Shown: one piece after another, positions 18,895 to 27,266 of the stretch
Layout of the letters: each line of letters opens with the position of its first letter
How positions within the stretch are numbered: position 1 is the first letter of the stretch
Assembly: GCA_965223325.1 (NCBI GenBank)
Contig: CBDCWI010000002.1
Location: 2,112,001 to 2,176,000 of the forward strand
DNA from: Candidatus Multivoradales bacterium
GTDB lineage: Bacteria; Acidobacteriota; Thermoanaerobaculia; Multivoradales; Multivoraceae
Reading direction: 5' to 3'
Length of the DNA stretch: 64,000 nucleotides
Program-made: the position numbers and the translations under genes
The notes under the pieces: generated by a model
Database searches by the model: none
The model's input: the letters and a program-made list of their open reading frames with translations, nothing else
What the model was told of the DNA's origin: nothing

Positions 18895-21420
18895 CTATTT
18901 GCGAAAGCTGATGGTCATGCCGTAGGTTCGCGGTTCGCTCCAGTTGGTGTAGTTCGAAAACACTCCATCGTCGATGGTGCTGGTGCGGTACTGTTCGTCG
19001 CTGAGGTTTCGGCCCCAAATCGACAGGCTCCAAAGCCCATCCGCTCCGCGGAAGATCTCAGCCAGTGCGTTGACCAGAAAAACGCCATCCTCCTGGGCCC
19101 AGGGTTCGTTGCTGACCGACAGATAGTAGTCGTCGGTCCATGAACCCTGAAGCGCGACGGCACCGGCCCAGGGCCCGCCGATGCTGAACGAGTGGCGAGC
19201 AAACACGTTGGCGCTCAGTCCGGGAGCGTCATTGAGCTCGTTGCCAACAATAGGAACCACCTGCGCCAGAATGTTGGTGACGCCTATGATGACATTGGGA
19301 TCGCTGAACCCGGACGCGGCGACGGAGGTGATCTCTGTGTCGAGGTATCCAACGCCGAGCCCAAGGTTGAAACCGTTGCCAGCGAACCAACTGAGGTCGA
19401 GCTCCGCGCCCGTGGTTTCGGCATCGCCCAGGTTCGTCAGACCTGAGAATACGGCTCCGCCACCGGCCGTCGACGACTGGGCATTCAGATTGCCCTGAAA
19501 GTCCTCGTACTCGTAGTGGAAAACGGATCCGTTGAGGCGCACTTGGCGATTCGAGAGGGTCGACTTGAATCCCAGCTCGAAGGCAAGGTTCGTTTCCGGC
19601 TCGTAGGCAACGATGGACTCTGGACTGAAGAAGAAGCCGCCGAAAAAGCCTCCCGATTTGAACGTCTGGCCGGCGCTGACGTAGAGAAGCGTGTCGTCGG
19701 ATGGTTTCCAGTCGAGATTGATCTTGAACGAGGGCTCGTCCTTGTCGTACCGAGCCACAGCTCCCACGGCGAGTGGGAAGAGGTTGGTCACCGGATCGTA
19801 GCCGGCGAACGTTGCGCAGTCCTCGAGGCCGAAGCCAACCAGGGTACAGGTCCATGCACCGTCGTTGATCCAAACACCACCAGTGTAGTCCTTGGTTTCG
19901 TCGGTGTAGCGTGCATCTGCGGTCAAACGCAGGTTGTCTGTGATCCCCAAGGAGTACTGCCCATAGATTGACCAGGCTTCGGTGGTCTGGTCGTAGAGCA
20001 TCGTGCCGCAGCCGGGAAAGACGGCGTAGTCGAAATAGAGATTGGCCGGGAACTCGCAGTGGCGGTCCTCGATCAGGTCATCCTCGGCATAGACCGCTCC
20101 CAGCATCCAGCTGTTGGAGCCAGCGGTACTCGACAGCAGGCGAAACTCCTGCGACCATGATTCGATCTGAGTGTCGTATTCGGTCACGTAGTTCGGATCG
20201 GCGACTCCGCCGTTGGCGCGGCCCACGGCACTGCCGAACGCTTGCCAGGCATCTGGGTTCTGACTCTCAGCGATGCCAACAGCACCTGTACCGTTGGTGT
20301 GAAAAAAGTCCATCGACGCGTACGACGAGATCGACACCAGGCTCACGCCAGGCAGCTCCCAGTTCAGGTTGAGCGCGGCGGCCGAGAACTCGTCGTTGTT
20401 TCGACGAGCCACGGACTCACCACCACGGTAACGACCATCCGGAGTCAGACCGTTCGCTGTGATACATGTCGAGTCCGGAATTCCCGTAGCCAGCACGGCG
20501 TCACAGTACGCCGGAGTCCCGTCGGGATTGAACGGGACGTTCATCGCGGGCGAACCGAAAGGCACCAGGGGTCCTTCCCAGGCGGTGTTCGGATCGAGAT
20601 AGCCCGCCAACTCCGGAATGGAGACTTCAGAGCGGTCTTTGCCGTACGTCAGCCGGAGATCCACAGTGAACTCGTCCGAAGGGTATGCGGAGAAAGAGAG
20701 GCGCCCCTGGGTCTTGTCGTCCCCCCCTTGATCGCGATTCAGGAACGTGTTCCTGAAGTGGCCGTCACTCGTGGCGCGATCGACGGCCAGGCGAGCGGCC
20801 GAGCGCTCTCCGGTCTGAAGGCTCATACCGCCACGAACATTGGCTCTCCCGAAGTTTCCGAGATCACCGGCCACGTTGACCTTGAAACCGTCGAGGCCCG
20901 GGCGGCGGGAAACGAGGTTGATGGCTCCACCCGTACTGTTGCGGCCGTACAGGCCGCCCTGGGGTCCCTTCAGAATCTCGACTCGCTCGGTGTCGAAGAG
21001 CGCAAAGGCACTGTAGACTCCGTACGGCTGATACACGTCGTCTACCACCATTGCGGTGGTCGGAGTGTTGTTGGCGTTGTAGTCCTGCAAGCCGACCCCA
21101 CGAATCACGAAGATGGGAATATCGCTGTCGCCGGACTCACTGAGCTCCAGGTTGGGCACGAATTCGGTGATATCTCGTGCTTCACTAACGCCAAGCGCCT
21201 CGAGCTCCTCGCCCTCCAGGGCGGTAATCGAAATCCCGATGTCCTGCAGACTCTGTTCCCGCTTCTGTGCGGTAACGACGATCTCTTCTGCGAGTTGTGG
21301 GCCGACATCAGGGGTTTGTGCCTGGGTTTCGCTCGGGGCCTCTTGCTCGCTTTGAGCCCAGAGCGCTGAGGTGGTGAGGAGCAAAAGGGAGACTGCCGCG
21401 GTTGGAAGGGGACGCTTCAT
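18895..21420 (-). CDS. TonB-dependent receptor
   Basis: Signal peptide, EEIVVTAQKREQ, RVEILKGPQGGLYGRNSTGGAIN, C-terminal PRTYGMTISF. Confidence 0.95.
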   Translation of the reverse strand: MKRPLPTAAVSLLLLTTSALWAQSEQEAPSETQAQTPDVGPQLAEEIVVTAQKREQSLQDIGISITALEGEELEALGVSEARDITEFVPNLELSESGDSDIPIFVIRGVGLQDYNANNTPTTAMVVDDVYQPYGVYSAFALFDTERVEILKGPQGGLYGRNSTGGAINLVSRRPGLDGFKVNVAGDLGNFGRANVRGGMSLQTGERSAARLAVDRATSDGHFRNTFLNRDQGGDDKTQGRLSFSAYPSDEFTVDLRLTYGKDRSEVSIPELAGYLDPNTAWEGPLVPFGSPAMNVPFNPDGTPAYCDAVLATGIPDSTCITANGLTPDGRYRGGESVARRNNDEFSAAALNLNWELPGVSLVSISSYASMDFFHTNGTGAVGIAESQNPDAWQAFGSAVGRANGGVADPNYVTEYDTQIESWSQEFRLLSSTAGSNSWMLGAVYAEDDLIEDRHCEFPANLYFDYAVFPGCGTMLYDQTTEAWSIYGQYSLGITDNLRLTADARYTDETKDYTGGVWINDGAWTCTLVGFGLEDCATFAGYDPVTNLFPLAVGAVARYDKDEPSFKINLDWKPSDDTLLYVSAGQTFKSGGFFGGFFFSPESIVAYEPETNLAFELGFKSTLSNRQVRLNGSVFHYEYEDFQGNLNAQSSTAGGGAVFSGLTNLGDAETTGAELDLSWFAGNGFNLGLGVGYLDTEITSVAASGFSDPNVIIGVTNILAQVVPIVGNELNDAPGLSANVFARHSFSIGGPWAGAVALQGSWTDDYYLSVSNEPWAQEDGVFLVNALAEIFRGADGLWSLSIWGRNLSDEQYRTSTIDDGVFSNYTNWSEPRTYGMTISFRK

Positions 21421-21557
21421 GAGATCTCCTGGTTGGCCGGTCCTAGTGGGGCCATAGGTTTATCGTGGCTGGCTCGAATGACGAGGTTGCGACGCAGGGT
21501 ACCAGAACATACACTGTCTGTAAATTTTTATCACCAGTACTTTTCTGAGAGACAGGT

Positions 21558-23261
21558 ATGAACGAGACAGACTATCTGGCACGGCTGTCCGAGCTGCGTG
21601 CACAGCGGTGGCCCACAGGAGTGCCGAAGCAACCCAGCTACCCGTTCGGCGAACAACCGATGTCCGAGTACCTTCGTCGCTGGGCGAGGACTCTGCCCGA
21701 AAAGCCGGCGATCGAGTTCTACGGTCACACGATCACCTTTGCCGAGCTCGATGAGCAGAGCGAGCGCTTCGCGAACGTGCTTCATGGCCTGGGCATCGCC
21801 CCCGGTGATCGCGTTGCGGTCTTCATGCCCAACTGCCCCCAGTTCAACATCGCCTACTGGGGCATCATGAAGGCTGGCGCGGTCCACGTACCCGTCAGCC
21901 CGCTGTCGAAGGAGCTCGAGCTGCGTCACGAGCTCTCCGACGCCCGCCCCAGAGCGATGTTCTGCTTCGATCAGCTGCTGGGGCTGGCACAACCGGTCTG
22001 CGACGAGCTTGGTATCGAACACATTCTCTGCACGAGTTACAGCGAACTGCGGCCGGAGAATCCGACTCTTGAGTTGCCAGAGTTCTTCGACCTTCCCAAG
22101 ATCGAAGCCAAAGATGGGGTGCTCGACTTCTATCCGACACTCGCTGCGGCCTCAGCCACGCCAACTGGTCACGTCCCCGACCTCGACGACATGGCGGCGC
22201 TCAACTACACCGGCGGAACAACCGGACTGCCGAAGGGCTGTGTGCACACGCACAGGAACATCCTCTACACCATGGCGAGCTATTGTCCGATCGTCTTCGG
22301 GGAATCGGAAGGAGAGAGCGCTCCGGTCCAGCTCTCATTTCTGCCTCAGTTCTGGATCGCCGGAGAAAACACTGGTGTCTTGATGCCCATCTTTACTGGC
22401 GCCACTGTGGTCCTCATGGCGCGATGGGATGCAGTCGGCTTCATGCAGGCAGTACAGCACTACTCTGTTTCCCAGTGCATCATGCTGGTCGACAGCATCG
22501 ACGATGTGTTGAACCAGGAGACGTTGGCAGCTTACGACCTCACCTCGCTCACGTTGACGCCCTGTGTATCCTTCATCAAGAAGATCAACCAGGACTACCG
22601 CGACCGCTGGCGAGAGAGGACTGGAGCGACCCTGTTCGAAACCGCCTATGGCCTGACCGAAACCCACACCTGCGACACGTTCACTCGCGGCTTCCAGGCG
22701 GACGATCTCGATCTTTCGTTCGATCCGACCTTTGTCGGCCTCCCGGTCCCTGGCTGCGAGATCAAGATCGCGGACTTCGAATCGGGCGACCTCAAGGAGA
22801 TCGGCGAGGAAGGAGAGATCCAGATTCGCACTCCTTCGTTGCTGAAGGGGTATTGGGAAAAGCCCGAGATCAACGATCGGTTGTTCGAGCGCGGCTGGTT
22901 CAAGACCGGCGACCTTGGCTTGATTACCGACGATGGTTTCTTGCGCTATCTGGGGCGGCGAAAGGAAATGCTGAAAGTCAACGGCATGAGTGTCTTCCCC
23001 ACCGAGCTCGAAGCCCTCATCGGCAGGCACGAGGCGATCGCAGCATGTGGCGTTGTCGGCCGCGATGATGACCAGAAGGGGCAAGTGCCGGTGGCGTTTG
23101 CGGTGCTCAAAGAGGGAGCCGAGGAAACGGTGGACTCTCTGCGCAACTGGTGTAAGGAATCGATGTCCACCTACAAGGTGCCGGAGTTCCGCCTCATGCC
23201 CAGTCTGCCGATGACCGCGACGGGCAAGATCATCAAGTCCGAACTGGAGAGCCTGCTATGA
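21558..23261 (+). CDS. AMP-binding acyl-CoA ligase
   Basis: YTGGTTGLPKG, AYGLTET, FKTGDLG, TATGKI. Confidence 0.93.
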   Translation: MNETDYLARLSELRAQRWPTGVPKQPSYPFGEQPMSEYLRRWARTLPEKPAIEFYGHTITFAELDEQSERFANVLHGLGIAPGDRVAVFMPNCPQFNIAYWGIMKAGAVHVPVSPLSKELELRHELSDARPRAMFCFDQLLGLAQPVCDELGIEHILCTSYSELRPENPTLELPEFFDLPKIEAKDGVLDFYPTLAAASATPTGHVPDLDDMAALNYTGGTTGLPKGCVHTHRNILYTMASYCPIVFGESEGESAPVQLSFLPQFWIAGENTGVLMPIFTGATVVLMARWDAVGFMQAVQHYSVSQCIMLVDSIDDVLNQETLAAYDLTSLTLTPCVSFIKKINQDYRDRWRERTGATLFETAYGLTETHTCDTFTRGFQADDLDLSFDPTFVGLPVPGCEIKIADFESGDLKEIGEEGEIQIRTPSLLKGYWEKPEINDRLFERGWFKTGDLGLITDDGFLRYLGRRKEMLKVNGMSVFPTELEALIGRHEAIAACGVVGRDDDQKGQVPVAFAVLKEGAEETVDSLRNWCKESMSTYKVPEFRLMPSLPMTATGKIIKSELESLL

Positions 23262-25105
23262 ACCGTCGGCCGTCTATAGGGCGCGAGCTGCTCTGTGTGC
23301 TCGCTGTCTCGACGACGCTGCTTGCCTGCAGTCAGGAAGCGCCACCTTCGGCCGCCACAGGGCGCGCGGAGTGTCGATCAGAATTCGGCGTCTACGAAGG
23401 CTGTGGCGGAGCGTACTTCAATGAATGGGTGACCCGCTCGGAGTACATCGAAACTCGGGATGGAACTCGCCTCGCTGCCGACATTTCGATCCCAGCCACA
23501 GGCGGGAGGGCGGTCGCCGAACGCTTCCCCGTATTGTGGACCTACACCCGCTACCACCGTCGATCCGGCGCGGAGCCGGACATCGAGGAAAGTGCCAAGC
23601 TGCAGCGCCTGGTCGAAAACGGCTACGTCGTGGTGGTAGTCAATGTGCGAGGAGGCGGCGCGTCGTTCGGGCGCTATGAGGGGCTGTTCAGCAAGGTCGA
23701 GACAGCCGATGCGTTCGATGTCATGGAGTGGCTCTCGAACCAGCCGTTCAGCAACGGCAAGCTCGGCATGTTCGGAGGCTCCTACCTCGGGATTACACAG
23801 TACATGGCCGCCAGCACGCACCATCCGGCATTGCTGGCCATCATGCCGGAGGTGGGCTACTTCGATTTCTTCGATGCTCTTCGTCGTGGTGGGATTCTGC
23901 GCGAGGACCAGGTACGTAACTGGGCCGATGGCACACGCTTTCTCGACAAGGAGAAATCGCCCGCCCCGGTCGACGCCGACATCGACGGAACGCTGGCGGC
24001 GCAGGCGGTTGCCGAACACGAGACCAATTTCGACCCTACGGTTCCCCTGGCCGAGGCCGAGTTTCGGGACTCTACCGCCAACGAGTTCGATTGGGTTTCC
24101 GATATGCCGCGTGTGGTCTATGACGAAGTCGAGGCCAGTGGAATTCCGATCTACCACGTCGGGGCCTGGCACGACGCCTACACGACCGACACGCTGTTGC
24201 TCGAAGCCAACTACCCTGGAACCGACCGCCTGTTGATGGGACCGTGGGCGCACGACCCGACCTCGGAACTCGAGAGGCAGGAGTATCAACGCGTCATCAC
24301 GTCAGAGACCCTACGTTGGTACGACCACTGGCTCAAGGGCATCGCCACCGGCATCCTCGACGAACCAGAGATGCAGGTAGCCGTTATCGACACTCCGCGG
24401 CGGAGCTGGCAGTGGATGACGCTCGCAGCGCTGCCAGAAGACCGGATCCAGTTCTTCCTCGGCTCGCAGCTCGAGACGTCCACGGTGGAGCTGCCAGGCG
24501 ACTTCGAGCTCCTGCTGGAACCGTCCGAAGAAGAGCGCGGGCTCTCGTATCAGGTCGATCTGCAAACGACAACCGGAACGAAGACCCGTTGGGACGCAAA
24601 TTTCGGTGGTGTCGCGGACTATCCCGATATGTCAGGCAACGACGCGCTTGCCCTCGCGTTCACCTCGGCGCCGTTGGAGGAGGATCTGATCGTCCTGGGG
24701 GCTCCTGTCGCCAACATCCTGCTCTCGGTTTCGGAACGAGATACAGATGTCTACGTCCTCCTCGAGGAAGTCGACGAGGCCGGTTTCTCTCACTATGCCA
24801 GTGAAGGAATGCTGCGCGCATCCCTTCGGGAGGAAGCGCAAGCGCCGTGGGAGAACAACCTCGGGCTCCCGTGGCATCGCGCCTTTGCCGAGGATCGAGA
24901 GCCACTGATTCCCGGTAGGACGGTTGAGTTGAGGATCCCCATGCAGCCGACCGGACATCGCTTCAACGAGGGGAGCCGGATCCGCATCGTCTTGATGGGA
25001 GCCGACAAGGACAACACCGAGGAGCCGCCGTTTCCGGACGCAGAATGGACCGTCCTTGCGGGGAAGGGCGGATCCCGTGTATCCCTGCCTGTCTACTCCG
25101 ACTAG
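23258..25105 (+). CDS. CocE/NonD-family hydrolase, lipoprotein
   Basis: LLAC lipobox, TRDGTRLAADI, GGSYLG nucleophile, GPWAH; 4-nt overlap with the ligase. Confidence 0.9.
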   Translation: MNRRPSIGRELLCVLAVSTTLLACSQEAPPSAATGRAECRSEFGVYEGCGGAYFNEWVTRSEYIETRDGTRLAADISIPATGGRAVAERFPVLWTYTRYHRRSGAEPDIEESAKLQRLVENGYVVVVVNVRGGGASFGRYEGLFSKVETADAFDVMEWLSNQPFSNGKLGMFGGSYLGITQYMAASTHHPALLAIMPEVGYFDFFDALRRGGILREDQVRNWADGTRFLDKEKSPAPVDADIDGTLAAQAVAEHETNFDPTVPLAEAEFRDSTANEFDWVSDMPRVVYDEVEASGIPIYHVGAWHDAYTTDTLLLEANYPGTDRLLMGPWAHDPTSELERQEYQRVITSETLRWYDHWLKGIATGILDEPEMQVAVIDTPRRSWQWMTLAALPEDRIQFFLGSQLETSTVELPGDFELLLEPSEEERGLSYQVDLQTTTGTKTRWDANFGGVADYPDMSGNDALALAFTSAPLEEDLIVLGAPVANILLSVSERDTDVYVLLEEVDEAGFSHYASEGMLRASLREEAQAPWENNLGLPWHRAFAEDREPLIPGRTVELRIPMQPTGHRFNEGSRIRIVLMGADKDNTEEPPFPDAEWTVLAGKGGSRVSLPVYSD

Positions 25106-25420
25106 GAACCCCTCGAGAACCCGCGCCTCACGCTGAACCGGGGATTTCCAAGCGGCCCGGAGCCCTGAGCCCCTTTTGCGGCGATCAGGGAGCAGTGACT
25201 CCTCGCCGTCCTCGGCTTCGCCTTCGGCCGCCGGGGCCGACTCACCGTCGGCATCGTCCGCAGTGGTCCCCGAATCGGCATCCGAGAGGACCTGAGCCTC
25301 GGTATCGGCTGCGCCATCTTGGTTCCGCCTCAGGTTTTCGTGCGCTTGATGAACTGCACGTACGGCGTGCGGATCCGACGGACTCGCCGGCGATCTTGAG
25401 CCGGCCTTATGGAGAGAGTC

Positions 25421-25503
25421 ATGAGCACGGCGACCGAAAATGCTGAACAGATCTTCCGCGAGCACGGTGGGACGCTCAGAACGAAGGAGGCCCTGGACGC
25501 AGC
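25421..25503 (+). pseudogene. N-terminal remnant of an AbiEi-type (type IV TA) antitoxin
   Basis: MSTATENAEQIFREHGGTLRTKEAL after GGAGAG, then abrupt loss of similarity. Confidence 0.55.
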
Positions 25504-25549
25504 TCTAATCATTCGCGGCCCGTCAACTCGAAGCGTCTGGGAAGAAGAA

Positions 25550-25580
25550 TCTAACCACTTTTAAAGAAAAACAGGTTAGA
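25550..25580. promoter_or_regulatory. Inverted repeat TCTAACC-N17-GGTTAGA, putative operator
   Basis: Perfect 7-bp arms around an AT-rich spacer, upstream of the DUF3291-CGNR operon. Confidence 0.7.
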
Positions 25581-25639
25581 ATCGAAACCCTACGGCCCTA
25601 CTAAGAACTGGATCGAGGACCAAGCAACGGGAGGCTGCG

Positions 25640-26122
25640 ATGACGAAGGACCATCACCTTGCGCAGGCCAACATCGCGCGCATGAAGGGGCCGCTCGATT
25701 CAGCGGTCATGGAGGGGTTCCGAAGGCAGCTCGACGCCATCAACGCTGCTGCGGACCACAGTCGCGGTTTCGTCTGGCGGCTTCAAACCGAAAGCGGCGA
25801 CTCGACCGACATCCGTGCCTATGACGACGAGTCGATCCTGTTCAACCTGTCGGTCTGGGAGACCGTCGAAGACCTCCACTTCTACGTCTATCGCGGGGCC
25901 CACTCGGGGCCTTTCCGAGATCGCAAGCTCTGGTTCGAGCCCACGGAGTCTCCGCTCGTCCTGTGGTGGGTCCCGGTTGGCCATAGACCGACGGTGGAAG
26001 AGGCCGTCGAGAAGCTCGACGCTCTGCGCGAGCATGGCCCAACACCCGCGGCGTTTACCTTCAAGGAGGCATTCCCTGCACCGACCGCGGCTGGAGGTGA
26101 CGACCATGCCGCGCCCGCGTGA
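25640..26122 (+). CDS. DUF3291-family protein
   Basis: HLAQANIAR, GFVWRLQ, NLSVWETVEDL, VLWWVPVGHRPT, GPTPAAFTF. Confidence 0.9.
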   Translation: MTKDHHLAQANIARMKGPLDSAVMEGFRRQLDAINAAADHSRGFVWRLQTESGDSTDIRAYDDESILFNLSVWETVEDLHFYVYRGAHSGPFRDRKLWFEPTESPLVLWWVPVGHRPTVEEAVEKLDALREHGPTPAAFTFKEAFPAPTAAGGDDHAAPA

Positions 26123-26756
26123 CTACCCGTACGGGGCGGACATCACGTCAGAGCATCTCAGCTTTCAGGCCGGCGACCCCTGCCTCAACTTCGCCAACAC
26201 CCGCGAGCTTCGCAAGGGTAGACAACCACAGGAGTTTCTGCATGGCTATGCTGATCTCCTGGTGTTCTCCAGGCGTGTCGGGCTCCACGGCGAGAGCAAG
26301 ATGGTGCAGCTCGAGTTGATGGCCAAGAAACATCCGCGGCTGGCGAGAGCCTCGTTCATTCGTGCGCTCGAGCTGCGCGAGTCCATCTATCCGGCCATGA
26401 CCCGCGTCGCGGAGGGAAAGGTGCCAGAGGCCGCACTGCTCGGCCGGCTCAGCAAACTCTGGCGGACTGCGGTCGCGAGCTCCGAGCTGGTTTGTCGGCA
26501 GGGTGACTATCGAATCGACTGGAAGATAGGTGCAACCGACCTGGACGCAGTCTGGTGGCCGATCGCCTCTGCCGTGATCGAGCTGCTGCGCTCAGAGCGA
26601 CGAACGTTCGTCAAGGAGTGTCGGGGCGTCGACTGCGGCTGGCTGTTTATCGACTCGAGCCGAAACAAGACCCGCGCCTGGTGCAGTATGAAGGCGTGCG
26701 GCAATCGAGCCAAAGCCGCTCGGTACTACGCCCGCCATTCTCGCCAGGAGCCTTAA
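26106..26756 (+). CDS. ABATE/CGNR zinc-finger regulator
   Basis: CLNFANT; KECRGVDCGWLFIDSSRNKTRAWCSMKACGNRAK. Confidence 0.92.
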   Translation: MPRPRDYPYGADITSEHLSFQAGDPCLNFANTRELRKGRQPQEFLHGYADLLVFSRRVGLHGESKMVQLELMAKKHPRLARASFIRALELRESIYPAMTRVAEGKVPEAALLGRLSKLWRTAVASSELVCRQGDYRIDWKIGATDLDAVWWPIASAVIELLRSERRTFVKECRGVDCGWLFIDSSRNKTRAWCSMKACGNRAKAARYYARHSRQEP

Positions 26757-26835
26757 ACCGGGTAGTTCGGGCATAGGCGAAACGCGGCCAGGTCGCCGCC
26801 CGAGAGCACCAGCAACTCGGCAAACGTGCAGCCGT

Positions 26836-27001
26836 CTAGTACCCCGTACCATTGAAACGGATAGTGGCTGAGCGGATGGTCGTGCTCGAGATCAAGGCGT
26901 CACGACGCAGGCGTATTGGTGATCTGTCAAGGAGTGACAACACAGAGATCGAGCGCGAGGACCGCGCAGACGCTGTGCGTTTCAATGGTACGGGGTACTA
27001 G
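26836..27001. mobile_element. 166-bp MITE-like element with perfect 24-bp terminal inverted repeats, including CTAG
   Basis: ctagtaccccgtaccattgaaacg (26836-26859) is the exact reverse complement of 26978-27001; no convincing ORF inside. Confidence 0.85.
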
Positions 27002-27266
27002 TACACCCTCGAGAGATGTGACGAGCGCTTCTCAGGCCAGGGACTCGAACGCCAACTGCAGCGCGCGCGGCACTTCCGGGGAGAGTGACACCTGCGTCCG
27101 GGTTTCGACCCTTGCTGCCGACAGTCTCGCGCGCTGCGACTGGCCCACCCTCGCCGGTGCGTAGAGCTAGCTCGTCGTTGGTGGGTGGTGAGCAACCTCC
27201 TCCGGCCCAGGCCGTATCTGTTGTAGGCCCACAACCGATCCCGTCCCAACCGAGGGAGGACCCGAG

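Noticed and set aside
25105-25330. Acidic minus-strand reading frame as a gene
   Set aside because: No credible start or family motif; at most a remnant
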